A DNA stretch of 64,000 nt from an uncultured Armatimonadetes bacterium (GTDB taxonomy: Bacteria; Armatimonadota; UBA5829; DTJY01). The stretch lies in assembly GCA_963717145.1 (NCBI GenBank), contig OY970325.1, positions 5,056,001-5,120,000 on the forward strand, read 5' to 3'. The notes beneath the pieces are model-generated. The model worked only from the letters and a program-made list of their open reading frames with translations, did no database searches and was not told the origin of the DNA. Both the position numbers and the translations under genes were made by a program. Below are positions 10,855-20,555 of this stretch, piece after piece; the first letter of the stretch is position 1; every line of letters starts with the position of its first letter.

Positions 10855-11517
10855 ATGGTAAACCCTGCGTTGGTGCACACCCTGAGCTTGATAATGATCT
10901 TCACCAGCTTCGCCGCGGTCGAGGCGAGGAACCTCCGCCACGCGACCGTCGCCTATCTCTGCCAGGCGCTGTTGATATGTGGGCTGCTGGTGGCATATTC
11001 GGTTCAGAATACCGCGCTGCTGTATTGGGCGGCCACTGCTCTGGTCACGAAGGCCATACTGGTGCCGTGGTTCCTCTGGCGCGCGACGTCCGGGGCCGAG
11101 CAGGAGACCAAGCCGATCATCGGCTTCGGAGTGTCGGCGGTGCTGCTGATCGCGCTGCTCTCCATCATGTACAAGCTGACTCACATGCATGCCGCAGCTT
11201 TCATCGGCACGGTTACGGGGAATCTCGCGGCGATGGCGCAGACGAATCTGGCAGTCGCGTTCACCGTTTTCGTTCTGGGGATCTATGCTATTCTCACCAG
11301 ACGCGATGCCGTCAAGACGGTCATAGGCCTGTGCCTTCTGGAAAACGGAGTCCACCTCAGCCTCGTGAGCCTCGCGCCGGGGATAGAGGAGACGGCGCTC
11401 GCCGGCATCGCGACCGAGGTGGTGGTCACGGTCTACCTCCTGCTGTATATCATCGGCGGGATACGGTCGAAGTTCGGTTCGACGGATACGTACAGGCTTT
11501 CGGAATTGCATTGGTAG
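10855..11517 (+). CDS. hyfE: HyfE-like membrane subunit
   Basis: Hydrophobic, about 220 aa, with LVTKAILVP and GLCLLENG motifs; lies between hyfC and hyfF. Confidence 0.85.
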   Translation: MVNPALVHTLSLIMIFTSFAAVEARNLRHATVAYLCQALLICGLLVAYSVQNTALLYWAATALVTKAILVPWFLWRATSGAEQETKPIIGFGVSAVLLIALLSIMYKLTHMHAAAFIGTVTGNLAAMAQTNLAVAFTVFVLGIYAILTRRDAVKTVIGLCLLENGVHLSLVSLAPGIEETALAGIATEVVVTVYLLLYIIGGIRSKFGSTDTYRLSELHW

Positions 11518-11526
11518 CCAGACCGA

Positions 11527-11662
11527 CGTTGGGTCAGGAGTTGTACTCCTGACCCCGGGCGGGAAGGAGTGTAACTCCTTCCCGAACGAGACCATATGAT
11601 GTTGGGTCAGGAGTTGCACTCCTGACCCCGGCGCGTGCGGGAGTGCAACTCCCGCACGAACG
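11527..11662. repeat. tandem palindromic REP-like elements
   Basis: gttgggtcaggagttgYactcctgacccc twice, each followed by a second ggagtgYaactcc hairpin. Confidence 0.75.
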
Positions 11663-11684
11663 GTGGTGTTAGAGAGGTGCGGAT

Positions 11685-13238
11685 ATGCACGGTGAAGTAC
11701 CATCGATTCTGCCCGTATTGCTGTTGGCGTTCCCACTGGCGGCCGGAGTACTGATCCTCGCGCTCGGCCGGTTCGCGACTGCTTTCCGGGAGGCGATCGC
11801 GATACTCGGGTCGGCCGCCTCGCTGATCGTCGCCGCGATGATCGGGAGCCGCGCGCTCCGAGGCGATGTGCTCACGGCGGTCAACAGCCAGTTGTACGCG
11901 GACTCGCTCAGTGCGCTGCTCGTGGTGCTGATATCGGGCATCGGATTCCTAGCCGTGGTGTACTCCTTCAAGTACATGCGCCACGAGGTGCAGGAGGGAG
12001 GGCTCTCTCACACCATCACCGCGGGACGACTGACGGCATACTACACCTGGATGATGCTCTTCATCGGCACTATGCTCTGGGCCTGCATTTCGAACAACAT
12101 CATCATGCTCTACGTGGCGGTCGAGGCCAGCACGATCGCGAGCGGCCTGCTGGTGGCATTCTACTGGGACAAGAGAGCGCTCGAGGCCGGATATAAGTAC
12201 CTCATGCTCCTGACCGTAGGGATCACCTTCTCCCTGTTCGGCTGCGTGCTGGTGTATGCGACCGGCGCGGGCATCCTCGGCGGGCACAACGGACTGCTTC
12301 TCTCGCATCTGAGGACTGTGGCGGCCACTTTCCCGCCGACGACCGTCATCCTCGCGTCGGCATTCCTGATAGTCGGCTTCGGGACCAAGGCGGGCGTCGC
12401 GCCGTTCCATCCATGGCTTCCCGATGCCCATGCGGAGGCGCCAACCCCCGTGTCCGCGCTCCTCTCGGGGGTGATGCTCAAGGTGGCGATCTACGCGCTC
12501 GTCCGCACGGTCACCATGTTCTTCCCGGGATTCCCGCCGGTCGCGTCGTTCCTGTTGGCGCTCGGCGTTTTCACCCTCGTGATCGGCGATCTGATGGCTC
12601 TCGCTCAGGACGACTTGAAGCGAATGCTCGCCTACTCCTCCGTGAGCCAGATCGGATACGTCCTGATGGGATTCGGCATCGGCACCTACTTCGGGATATA
12701 TGCGGGCCTTTTCCATCTGCTCGACCACGCGCTGGCCAAGGCTCTGCTCTTTCTGGCGGCCGGATCGGTGATATACGCGACCGGCGCGCGCAGGGTGTCG
12801 GACCTTGGCGGCGTGGCGAAGAAGATGCCGGTGACGAGCTTCTGCTTCTTCTGCGGAGCGCTCGCGGTATCCGGAATTCCACCGTTCAACGGATTCCAGA
12901 GCAAGCTGGCTCTGCTGGTCGCGGGTGCGGAGATCCATGCCTGGTGGGCGGTCATCATCGGGATAGCCGCCAGCCTGCTGACCCTGGTTGTGCTGGGGAA
13001 GGCGGCAAGGTCGATCTTCTGGGGACCGGAGTCCGCGGCAGTCTCGAAGCCGGCGGTCAAGGAAGCTCCGCTGACCGTGGCAGTAGCGATGGTGGTGCTT
13101 GCCGCTTTGGCGCTGGTGATCGGGATATACCCTCGTGCCGTGTATGAGCCTCTCAGGGCGGCGGCATCTGTTGTCCAGACTGTCGGTGACACGGCAGAGG
13201 CCACCTATTTCGCGGCGCTCCACAACCGCGAGCCCTGA
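11685..13238 (+). CDS. hyfF: HyfF-like antiporter-type membrane subunit
   Basis: ALEAGYKY and GFGTKAGVAPFHPWLPDAHAEAPTPVSALLSG motifs. Confidence 0.9.
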   Translation: MHGEVPSILPVLLLAFPLAAGVLILALGRFATAFREAIAILGSAASLIVAAMIGSRALRGDVLTAVNSQLYADSLSALLVVLISGIGFLAVVYSFKYMRHEVQEGGLSHTITAGRLTAYYTWMMLFIGTMLWACISNNIIMLYVAVEASTIASGLLVAFYWDKRALEAGYKYLMLLTVGITFSLFGCVLVYATGAGILGGHNGLLLSHLRTVAATFPPTTVILASAFLIVGFGTKAGVAPFHPWLPDAHAEAPTPVSALLSGVMLKVAIYALVRTVTMFFPGFPPVASFLLALGVFTLVIGDLMALAQDDLKRMLAYSSVSQIGYVLMGFGIGTYFGIYAGLFHLLDHALAKALLFLAAGSVIYATGARRVSDLGGVAKKMPVTSFCFFCGALAVSGIPPFNGFQSKLALLVAGAEIHAWWAVIIGIAASLLTLVVLGKAARSIFWGPESAAVSKPAVKEAPLTVAVAMVVLAALALVIGIYPRAVYEPLRAAASVVQTVGDTAEATYFAALHNREP

Positions 13239-13253
13239 GTCCACCGAACAGGA

Positions 13254-13353
13254 ACCGTCTAATCCTGAGTGCGCCTCTGGGCGTGTAACGAAGGACAGTC
13301 CTATGCCACCATCCTTCGTTACACGCCCAGAGGCGCACTCAGGACTAGACGGT
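13254..13353. repeat. long inverted repeat (family B)
   Basis: About 40-bp arms cctgagt…gcgtgtaacgaagga / tccttcgttacacgc…actcagg; related element at 43278-43394. Confidence 0.85.
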
Positions 13354-13375
13354 CGATGATGGCGAGATCACTCCC

Positions 13376-13747
13376 ATGCACGAACTTTCCGCGACACAGA
13401 ACATCCTCGACATTGTCCTCACCGAGGCCGCGAAGGCGGGTGCGCTCCGGGTCGTCAGAGTGAAGGTCAAGTCCGGCCAATGGTCCACCTTCCAGCCGGA
13501 CTGCATTGAGTTCTACTTCGGCACACTGTCTCGGGGCACTCCGGCTGAAGGCGCCTGCATCGAGATCGAGACGCTCCCGGTGCGATACCTCTGCCGTGAA
13601 TGTGGCATGGAATACGAACCCGTCGAGGGCCGATTCGCATGCCCTCAATGCACGTGCGTCGAAGGAAAGATCATCGGCGGGAGGGAATTCTACATCGATT
13701 CGATAGAGGTTCAGCATGCAGATACCGTTGGTGCGCAAGGTCCTTGA
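13376..13747 (+). CDS. hypA: hydrogenase nickel chaperone HypA
   Basis: MHELS start, CREC…CPQC and GREFYIDSIEV motifs. Confidence 0.95.
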   Translation: MHELSATQNILDIVLTEAAKAGALRVVRVKVKSGQWSTFQPDCIEFYFGTLSRGTPAEGACIEIETLPVRYLCRECGMEYEPVEGRFACPQCTCVEGKIIGGREFYIDSIEVQHADTVGAQGP

Positions 13748-14366
13748 GGCAAACGATCAGGTCGCCGGCGAACTCCGACAGAGGTTCGCGGACGACGGCT
13801 TGCTTGTCGTCAACCTCATGGGGTCGCCGGGCGCGGGCAAGACGAGCCTCGTGGAGGAGACACTTCGACACACCTCTGGGAGGCTGAGGATCGGTGTCAT
13901 CGAGGGCGATATCGCGACGTCTCTGGATGCCGATCGGATCGCTCGATTCGGAGCGCCGGTCGTGCAGATCAACACCGGGGGCGCATGCCACCTCGACGCG
14001 CCGATGATCCGCAGGGCGCTCGCCGATCTGGACACATCCGCGTTCGACATATTGCTCATCGAGAACGTCGGCAACCTCGTCTGCCCCGCGCAGTTCGATC
14101 TAGGGGAATCATTCAAAGCGGTTGTCTGCAGCCTCCCCGAGGGCGACGACAAGGTCGCGAAGTACCCGGAGATATTCAGCGTTGCCGACGTCGTCGTGCT
14201 GAACAAGCTCGATCTTCTACCGCACGTGAAGTTCGATCTCCCGCTCCTCCGACGTACTCTGAAGGGAATCAACCCGAACGCTGCTTTGGTCGAGGTCTCC
14301 TGCTCGACGGGCGATGGCTTGGATCAGTGGGTAGAATGGCTGTTGGCGACGGCGAAGTATAAGTAG
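13716..14366 (+). CDS. hypB: hydrogenase nickel incorporation GTPase HypB
   Basis: GSPGAGKT, INTGGACHLDA, ENVGNLVCPA and NKLD motifs. Confidence 0.96.
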   Translation: MQIPLVRKVLEANDQVAGELRQRFADDGLLVVNLMGSPGAGKTSLVEETLRHTSGRLRIGVIEGDIATSLDADRIARFGAPVVQINTGGACHLDAPMIRRALADLDTSAFDILLIENVGNLVCPAQFDLGESFKAVVCSLPEGDDKVAKYPEIFSVADVVVLNKLDLLPHVKFDLPLLRRTLKGINPNAALVEVSCSTGDGLDQWVEWLLATAKYK

Positions 14367-14471
14367 CCTGAACTTTTCGCGCCGCTGTGCGTCCAGCACT
14401 CCGGCATACTTGCCGATCGTACCGTTTCAGGACGGGACGTGTTCGGCGCTTCAGCCAGGGGAGGCTTAGTA

Positions 14472-15863
14472 ATGAGTGAGAACGGTATGAACAGACGGGA
14501 GTTCCTGAAGAAGGCGGGGATGGGTGCAGTAGCGCTCTCGCTGCCGGCATGGGCGCAGCAGAGCGGCCTGGAGGCGGCAACTGCGTCTGACAAGACCAGG
14601 AAACCGAATATCATCTTCATACTTTCAGATGATGTCGGTATCGGCAATATCGGCTGCTACGGATCCGACCAGTTCAAGACGCCACGCATCGATGCCCTCG
14701 CGAAGGGAGGAACCCGTTTCGAGCACTGTTACTCGACACCTCTCTGCGGGCCGTCCAGGTGCCAGTCATTGACCGGACGGTATCCGTTCCGTACGGGCAT
14801 GATCGGCAACCAGTACGGCAGCGTCATCAAGCCGGGGAATGAGGCCATGATGCCGAAGGTGCTCAAGCCGGCGGGTTACGTGACTGCGCAGGTCGGCAAG
14901 TGGAGCCAGTTGCCGCTCGGACCCGGCGAGTGGGGATTCGATGAGTATCTCCGATTCCCCGGAAGCGGCAGGTATTGGCGACAGCAGACCACCAGCTACA
15001 CGCTCAGCGGTCAGGAGAAGGACCTGCCGGAGGGGAAGCACCTTCCCGATCTGATGCACGACTTCCTGGTGGACTTCATGACACGCCACCGGGACAAGCC
15101 GTTCTACGTTCACTACGCGATGTCTCACATTCACGGGCCGATCGTGCGCACTCCCGACAGCGCTCCGGACAGCGCGGACCTCTATGCCGACAACATCGCC
15201 TATATGGACAAGCTGGTCGGCAAGCTCGTGGCCGAACTCGAGCGGCTGAAGCTCCGTGAGAAGACGCTCATCATCTTCGTCGGCGACAATGGGACTGCTC
15301 CCGGATGGGCCGACGGCGCGACGGTGCGTGGGAAGCGCATCTCCGGCCAGAAGGGCACCATGCTTGAAGGTGGCAGCCTCGTGCCGATGATCGTGAACTG
15401 GCCCGGCACGACCCCGGCGGGCAAGACTCGGAACGACCTCATCGACTTCAGCGACTTCTTCCCGACGTTCACGGCGCTCGCCGGTGCGAAGCTCCCCGAG
15501 GGCGTGACGATCGATGGGCACAGTTTCGCACCGCAGGTCCAGGGACAGACGGGCAAGCCGAGGGAGTGGGTCTACGTCGAGTTGACCGGCGGCTGGTATG
15601 TCCGCAGTGAGAGGTGGAAGCTGACCCGATCGGGCGAGCTGTTTGACATGAAGGACGCGCCGTTCGTGGAGAAGCCAGTGCCGGCCGACACGAAGGACGC
15701 TCAGGCCATCGCAGGCAGGAAGCGCCTCCAGGCCGTACTCGACAAGCTCGATCCGGCATCCGGCAAGCAGTCGGCGCCCCCAGCGCAGGCGGCAGGAACT
15801 CCGCCCAATAAGCCGAGGCGGAAGAGGGCAAACCGGAAAAACCGGGTGCCGGCTGGAACCTGA
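14472..15863 (+). CDS. Tat-exported formylglycine-dependent sulfatase
   Basis: RREFLK Tat signal, KPNIIFILSDD, CGPSR (CxPxR), LTGR and GDNG motifs. Confidence 0.92.
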   Translation: MSENGMNRREFLKKAGMGAVALSLPAWAQQSGLEAATASDKTRKPNIIFILSDDVGIGNIGCYGSDQFKTPRIDALAKGGTRFEHCYSTPLCGPSRCQSLTGRYPFRTGMIGNQYGSVIKPGNEAMMPKVLKPAGYVTAQVGKWSQLPLGPGEWGFDEYLRFPGSGRYWRQQTTSYTLSGQEKDLPEGKHLPDLMHDFLVDFMTRHRDKPFYVHYAMSHIHGPIVRTPDSAPDSADLYADNIAYMDKLVGKLVAELERLKLREKTLIIFVGDNGTAPGWADGATVRGKRISGQKGTMLEGGSLVPMIVNWPGTTPAGKTRNDLIDFSDFFPTFTALAGAKLPEGVTIDGHSFAPQVQGQTGKPREWVYVELTGGWYVRSERWKLTRSGELFDMKDAPFVEKPVPADTKDAQAIAGRKRLQAVLDKLDPASGKQSAPPAQAAGTPPNKPRRKRANRKNRVPAGT

Positions 15864-15906
15864 GCCTGAGTCGGTAGGTAGGTAGGTAAACCGAACAGAC
15901 GTGTAG

Positions 15907-15947
15907 AAAAGGCAGTTGCCGTCCAGTCGGACGGCAACTGCCTTTTT
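15907..15947. terminator. bidirectional intrinsic terminator
   Basis: aaaaggcagttgccgtcc agtc ggacggcaactgccttttt. Confidence 0.85.
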
Positions 15948-15968
15948 GCGCAGAAGGGTGATCTGAGG

Positions 15969-17006
15969 ATGATGCTTGCCAGCCGTGAAAGAGTCCTTGC
16001 AGCGATCGATCGTCATCAGCCGGACAGGTGTCCGGCGGATATCTGGGCCGAGGCCGAGGTCTGGGACCGCCTCATACGCGACCTCGGCTTCCGCACGCAC
16101 GATCAAGTCCGCGAGGCGCTCAAGATAGACGTGCGCTATGTGTCGCCGATCTGTCCCCCCGATGTCGAGAAAGACGGCGTCCGACAGAACATGTGGGGCG
16201 AGCGCTGGGCGAGGGCGAACACTCCTTGGGGCGAGAACTGGGAGCACATCGACGGCGCGCTTGCCGGCGCATCGAGCCTTGAGGAACTGCAGGCGTTTCC
16301 CTGGCCGACCTGCGACGACGTGGACTACTCGAGCCTCGCCGAGCAGTGCGACCGTTACGATGGATATGCCATCGCATTCGGGAACGCCGACATCTTCGAA
16401 CGGCCCGCACTTGTTCGCGGCCTGGAGAATATGCTCTGCGATACGGCGCTCAATCCGTCGTGGGTCGAGTATCTGACGAAGGTATTCCTGGACTTCTTTG
16501 TCGAAGACTTCATTAGGACGATGGAGGCGACCCGCGGCCGGATCGATATCTACTACGCGCTCACCGACCTCGGCACGCAGTTGGGGCTGCTTCAGAGCAT
16601 GGATACGTTCCGGCGGTTCATCGCGCCGTCGATCCGGACCCTCGCGGACGTGGTGCATCGGCATGGCGTCAAGTTCATGTTCCACTCCTGCGGCGCGGTC
16701 AGGGAGGCGATCCCCGAGCTGATCGAGCTTGGGGTAGACATCCTGAACCCGATCCAGCCCGCGGCGGTCGGGATGGAACCGGAGGCCTTGAAGCGTGATT
16801 TCGGCCGCGACTTGTGCTTCCACGGAGGGATCGACGTGCAGTTCCTGTTGCCGCTCGAGACGCCCGAAGCCGTCCGCCGGGAAGTCCGGCGTCGAGTCGA
16901 GATCCTCGGCGATGGAGGAGGATACATCCTTGCGCCGTCGCACAACCTGCAGCAGGACATCAGCACCGAGAATATCCTGGCGATGTACGATATTTCACTG
17001 AGATAG
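15969..17006 (+). CDS. uroporphyrinogen decarboxylase / MtaA-CmuA family protein
   Basis: SRERVLAAI…PDR, RGLEN, DLGTQ, FHSCG, NPIQP and GGYILAPSH motifs. Confidence 0.88.
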   Translation: MMLASRERVLAAIDRHQPDRCPADIWAEAEVWDRLIRDLGFRTHDQVREALKIDVRYVSPICPPDVEKDGVRQNMWGERWARANTPWGENWEHIDGALAGASSLEELQAFPWPTCDDVDYSSLAEQCDRYDGYAIAFGNADIFERPALVRGLENMLCDTALNPSWVEYLTKVFLDFFVEDFIRTMEATRGRIDIYYALTDLGTQLGLLQSMDTFRRFIAPSIRTLADVVHRHGVKFMFHSCGAVREAIPELIELGVDILNPIQPAAVGMEPEALKRDFGRDLCFHGGIDVQFLLPLETPEAVRREVRRRVEILGDGGGYILAPSHNLQQDISTENILAMYDISLR

Positions 17007-17009
17007 AAT

Positions 17010-17108
17010 GTCCCCCTTACGAAGGGGGACCGGCCTCTGGGCCGAGGGGGTTTGCCTGCGCGAACCTCCCCCGGCCTGCTGGCCGGCCCCTCCTTCGTAA
17101 GGAGGGGC
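17010..17108. repeat. palindromic REP-like element
   Basis: cccccttacgaagggg…cccctccttcgtaaggagggg paired hairpins. Confidence 0.7.
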
Positions 17109-17127
17109 GCAGAGAAAGGACAGAGAT

Positions 17128-17946
17128 TTGATCACTACCAGCATGGGCAAGCAGCTTCGAATGAGGCGCGTCTTCCGCAACGGGCGGGTCATGGTGATGC
17201 CGTTCGATCACCCGATCTACTTCGGCCCGCAGCCCGGCAACGAAGATCCGGCCCGCGTCGTCAGGCTCGCGCGCGAGCACGGATGCACCGCACTTCTCGT
17301 GACCGCCGGCGCGCTCCGGTGCGCGATGGACGAGGTGGGCGACATGGGGATCATCATGCGGATCGACACGACCATCACGAAGATCGGCGGCCCGGATACC
17401 GTCATGCACCTCCTGCACAGTGTGGAGGAAGCGGCGGTCCTTGGCGCGGACATGGTGGTCATCAACTGCTACGTCGGCATCGGCGACCCTGAGGTCGAAT
17501 CGGCGCTGCTCACCAAGCTGGCGGACGCCTCGGCGGAGTGCGAGGCCATCGGGATGCCGATGTGCGCGGAGATCATCCCGAGGGTGTCGTACAAGGATCC
17601 GGCTCAGACGATGCCGACCTCCGACGATCTCGCCGTCGCGATCCGAATCGGCCTCGAATACGGCTGCGACCTCGTGAAGACTGTCTACAACGGCGATCCC
17701 GACGGATACGCGCGGGCGATCGCGGCCGGCCACCTGCCCGTCATCATGGCCGGCGGACCGAAGTCGGGCGACGACCTGTCGATCTTCCGCCAGGTGAAGG
17801 AAGCGTTGGCCAATGGCGCGTGCGGGGCGGCGATCGGCAGGCGCGTCTGGGGGAGCGACCGCCCGGAAGCGACCCTCGACGCCCTGAGAGCGATCATCAT
17901 GGACGACGCCTCGGTCGACGAAGCGATCAGGATATACAAGGCGTGA
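17128..17946 (+). CDS. class I aldolase, DhnA/LsrF family
   Basis: PFDHP, CDLVKT (Schiff-base Lys), AGGPK and AIGRRVW motifs. Confidence 0.88.
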   Translation: MITTSMGKQLRMRRVFRNGRVMVMPFDHPIYFGPQPGNEDPARVVRLAREHGCTALLVTAGALRCAMDEVGDMGIIMRIDTTITKIGGPDTVMHLLHSVEEAAVLGADMVVINCYVGIGDPEVESALLTKLADASAECEAIGMPMCAEIIPRVSYKDPAQTMPTSDDLAVAIRIGLEYGCDLVKTVYNGDPDGYARAIAAGHLPVIMAGGPKSGDDLSIFRQVKEALANGACGAAIGRRVWGSDRPEATLDALRAIIMDDASVDEAIRIYKA

Positions 17947-17947
17947 C

Positions 17948-18013
17948 TGTAGTGGCCGTGCCTCTGTGCCGGCCAGTAACGTAGCAGGCCGGCACAGAGG
18001 CACGGCCACTACA
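17948..18013. repeat. GTAG-type REP doublet (family C)
   Basis: Perfect 27-bp inverted repeat tgtagtggccgtgcctctgtgccggcc; also at 32865-32973. Confidence 0.85.
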
Positions 18014-18033
18014 GGAGGATGGGGAGACGACAC

Positions 18034-19485
18034 ATGGCATATACCGTTCACTATGATGCCCGGACCGCCCCGAAGCTCGGGCTGGTCCTGAACTCGATCG
18101 ATGTCTTCAGCAGCGAGGGCAAGGATCTTGCCGACCGACGGATGACCGTGCTCTTCGACGACCTCAAGCGCGAAGGGGCGATCCATGCCGATTCCATTCT
18201 GACGCGTCGGATCGCCGGGCCGCACGAGGCGTTGACGGTTGCCGACGAATTGGCGCGGGCGATGGTCGATGTCATCGTCATCTGCAACAGCGCCTTCCCG
18301 AACGGCCATGTGTTCCCGACGATCGCCCTTCATCCGCAGTTGAGCCGCACACCGGTGATCGTGACCTCCGACCACGAGCCGGACGTCGGCGACGCCGAGT
18401 GGACCACCAACGCGTGGTGCGGCGTCATCATGAACAACTACCTCGCGAAACAGGTCGGCAGGCCGATCCGGGCTCTCGGCGGAAATCCCGAGTCCGAGAG
18501 CTTCCGTGATGAGTTGAAGATGCTGTTGAACTCATACCGCGCGGTGGCGAGGTTGAGGAGAGACTTCCTCGGACGATTCGGAGACGCACCCGGCGGATTC
18601 CATTCGGCGAACGCGGATCAGCCGGCGTTCCTCCGGACCTTCGGCACGCGAGTCGATACCGTAGACCTGCTCGGCCTCATGACGACCTATTATCACGGCA
18701 AGGCGAAGGGGCATTTGAGCGAAGAGAGCTTCACTGATGCCGATGTCGAGGCGACGATGGCCGAGATGAAGTCCGGCCGCAAGTGTCTCATCAGCGACGA
18801 GAAGCTTCTGAAGGGCGCCAAGCTGTACCACGCGTTCAAGGCGCAGATCGAGGCGAACGGGTACACCTCCATCGCGGTGAAGTGCTGGCCCGAGATCCTC
18901 CATCCGGCGATCGACATCGCGCCATGCTTCTCGATGACCTGGCTGCTGACCAAGGGCATCGTGACGGCGGCGGCATGCGAGGCCGACTGCCCGACCGCCG
19001 TGATGCAGACGCTCGGCACCCTGCTCTCGGGGAAGCCCGCGGCCTGCCTCGATTTCGTCAACTACACCGGCGGCTGCGAATGCGTCGAACTCGGCCACTG
19101 CGGAGTCGGTATCGCCGGGCAGATGGGCGACGGCGAGGCGATCGGGGAAAAGTCGCCCGACCGCCAGGGGGGCGACCTCAATGCCCCCGCGCTGATCGGC
19201 CAGTTTGCGTATGGGCCGAAGACGGGGATCGGCATCGCTCCGAAACCGGGAGGCGGCTTCAAGGTGCTCTCATTCACCGGCGAGAACACGCCCGCTTCAG
19301 CGAAGAACAAGCTCTACAGCGCCGCCGACGTGGTGGTGAAGGAATACCGCCAACTGCACGAGTTGATCATCCGCGAGGGATTCCCTCACCATCTCGCGGT
19401 GGCGATGTCGGATGTCTCACGTGAGATCGCCGAGGTCTGTGCCTTCCTGGGCGTCGAGTATCACAATCCAAAGGAGCAGGCATGA
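18034..19485 (+). CDS. L-fucose/L-arabinose isomerase-like protein
   Basis: AWCG, AVKCWPE, ACEAD, GHCG and FPHH motifs. Confidence 0.8.
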   Translation: MAYTVHYDARTAPKLGLVLNSIDVFSSEGKDLADRRMTVLFDDLKREGAIHADSILTRRIAGPHEALTVADELARAMVDVIVICNSAFPNGHVFPTIALHPQLSRTPVIVTSDHEPDVGDAEWTTNAWCGVIMNNYLAKQVGRPIRALGGNPESESFRDELKMLLNSYRAVARLRRDFLGRFGDAPGGFHSANADQPAFLRTFGTRVDTVDLLGLMTTYYHGKAKGHLSEESFTDADVEATMAEMKSGRKCLISDEKLLKGAKLYHAFKAQIEANGYTSIAVKCWPEILHPAIDIAPCFSMTWLLTKGIVTAAACEADCPTAVMQTLGTLLSGKPAACLDFVNYTGGCECVELGHCGVGIAGQMGDGEAIGEKSPDRQGGDLNAPALIGQFAYGPKTGIGIAPKPGGGFKVLSFTGENTPASAKNKLYSAADVVVKEYRQLHELIIREGFPHHLAVAMSDVSREIAEVCAFLGVEYHNPKEQA

Positions 19486-20555
19486 CACCACGAGAGCGCG
19501 TGCTGGCCGTCCTGAACCGTCAGTTCCCCGATCGCCTGCCAAGGGAACTGAAGCTCACGTCCCCGCTGCTCGAACAATTCAAGGCGCGGACCGGGAGCGA
19601 CGATCCCGCCGAGTACTTCGACCTCGAGGTCAGGGACGTCTTCTTCAGCCAACCGACCGAGATGCCCGACTTCAGCCGGTACTACCCGGAAGGCGTTCCG
19701 CCGCTCCTGAACCCCGCCGGCTGGGAAGTCGGCGAGTGGGGAGTCGGCCAGGTCCCCGGCTCGCAGCTTCACTTCATCCACATCGAGCATCCGATGAAGA
19801 ATCTGAGCAGCCTCTCCGACCTGAAGGAGTATCCATTTCCCGACCTCACGCGTCCCGAGCGGCATGGGCACCTGGAAGCTGAGGTCGCGGCTCTGCATGA
19901 CCGGGGGCTCTTCGTCATCGGGTTCATGGAGTGGACGATCTTCGAGATCGCCTGGCACATGCGCGGCATGGAGAACCTCTTCGCCGACCTGGTCTTCAAC
20001 CCCGAGTTCGCCGAGTATCTGCTCGAAAAGATCACCGAGGCGCGCTGCTTCCAGGCCAGACGTCATGCCGAGGCGGGCGTCGATCTTATCAAGATCGGCG
20101 ACGACATCGGCACTCAACGCTCGATGCTGATGAGCCCGGCGACCTACCGCGAGTGGTTCAAGCCCAGGCACGCGCGAGTCATCGAAGCAGCGCGGAGGGT
20201 CAGGCCGGAGATCCCGGTCTGCTACCACAGCGACGGCAACTGCTGGGACGCGATCCCCGACCTGATCGAGGCAGGCGTGACCGTCCTGAACCCGATCCAG
20301 CCGGAGTGCATGGACCTCGCGGCGGTGAAGCGCGAATTCGGCCGCGACCTGGTCTTCTGGGGCGGGATCGGCACTCAGACGACCATGCCGTTCGACACTC
20401 CGGCGCAGGTCTATGAGACTGTCCGGCGCACGATCGACATCCTCGGCCCACAGGGATACTTCCCATGCCCGACGCACGTCCTCGAGCCGGAAGTCCCCTG
20501 GGAGAACATCCTGGCCTATCTGCGGGCCGTGGAGGAGTATGACAATGATCGGTAG
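19482..20555 (+). CDS. uroporphyrinogen decarboxylase / MtaA-CmuA family protein
   Basis: MTPRERV, MRGMEN, GDDIGTQ, YHSDG, NPIQPE and PTH motifs. Confidence 0.88.
   Translation: MTPRERVLAVLNRQFPDRLPRELKLTSPLLEQFKARTGSDDPAEYFDLEVRDVFFSQPTEMPDFSRYYPEGVPPLLNPAGWEVGEWGVGQVPGSQLHFIHIEHPMKNLSSLSDLKEYPFPDLTRPERHGHLEAEVAALHDRGLFVIGFMEWTIFEIAWHMRGMENLFADLVFNPEFAEYLLEKITEARCFQARRHAEAGVDLIKIGDDIGTQRSMLMSPATYREWFKPRHARVIEAARRVRPEIPVCYHSDGNCWDAIPDLIEAGVTVLNPIQPECMDLAAVKREFGRDLVFWGGIGTQTTMPFDTPAQVYETVRRTIDILGPQGYFPCPTHVLEPEVPWENILAYLRAVEEYDNDR

Noticed and set aside
14766-16943. Long minus-strand ORF (725 aa) and similar antisense or alternate-frame ORFs across the window
   Set aside because: These are shadows of well-supported genes in GC-rich DNA and show no protein motifs.
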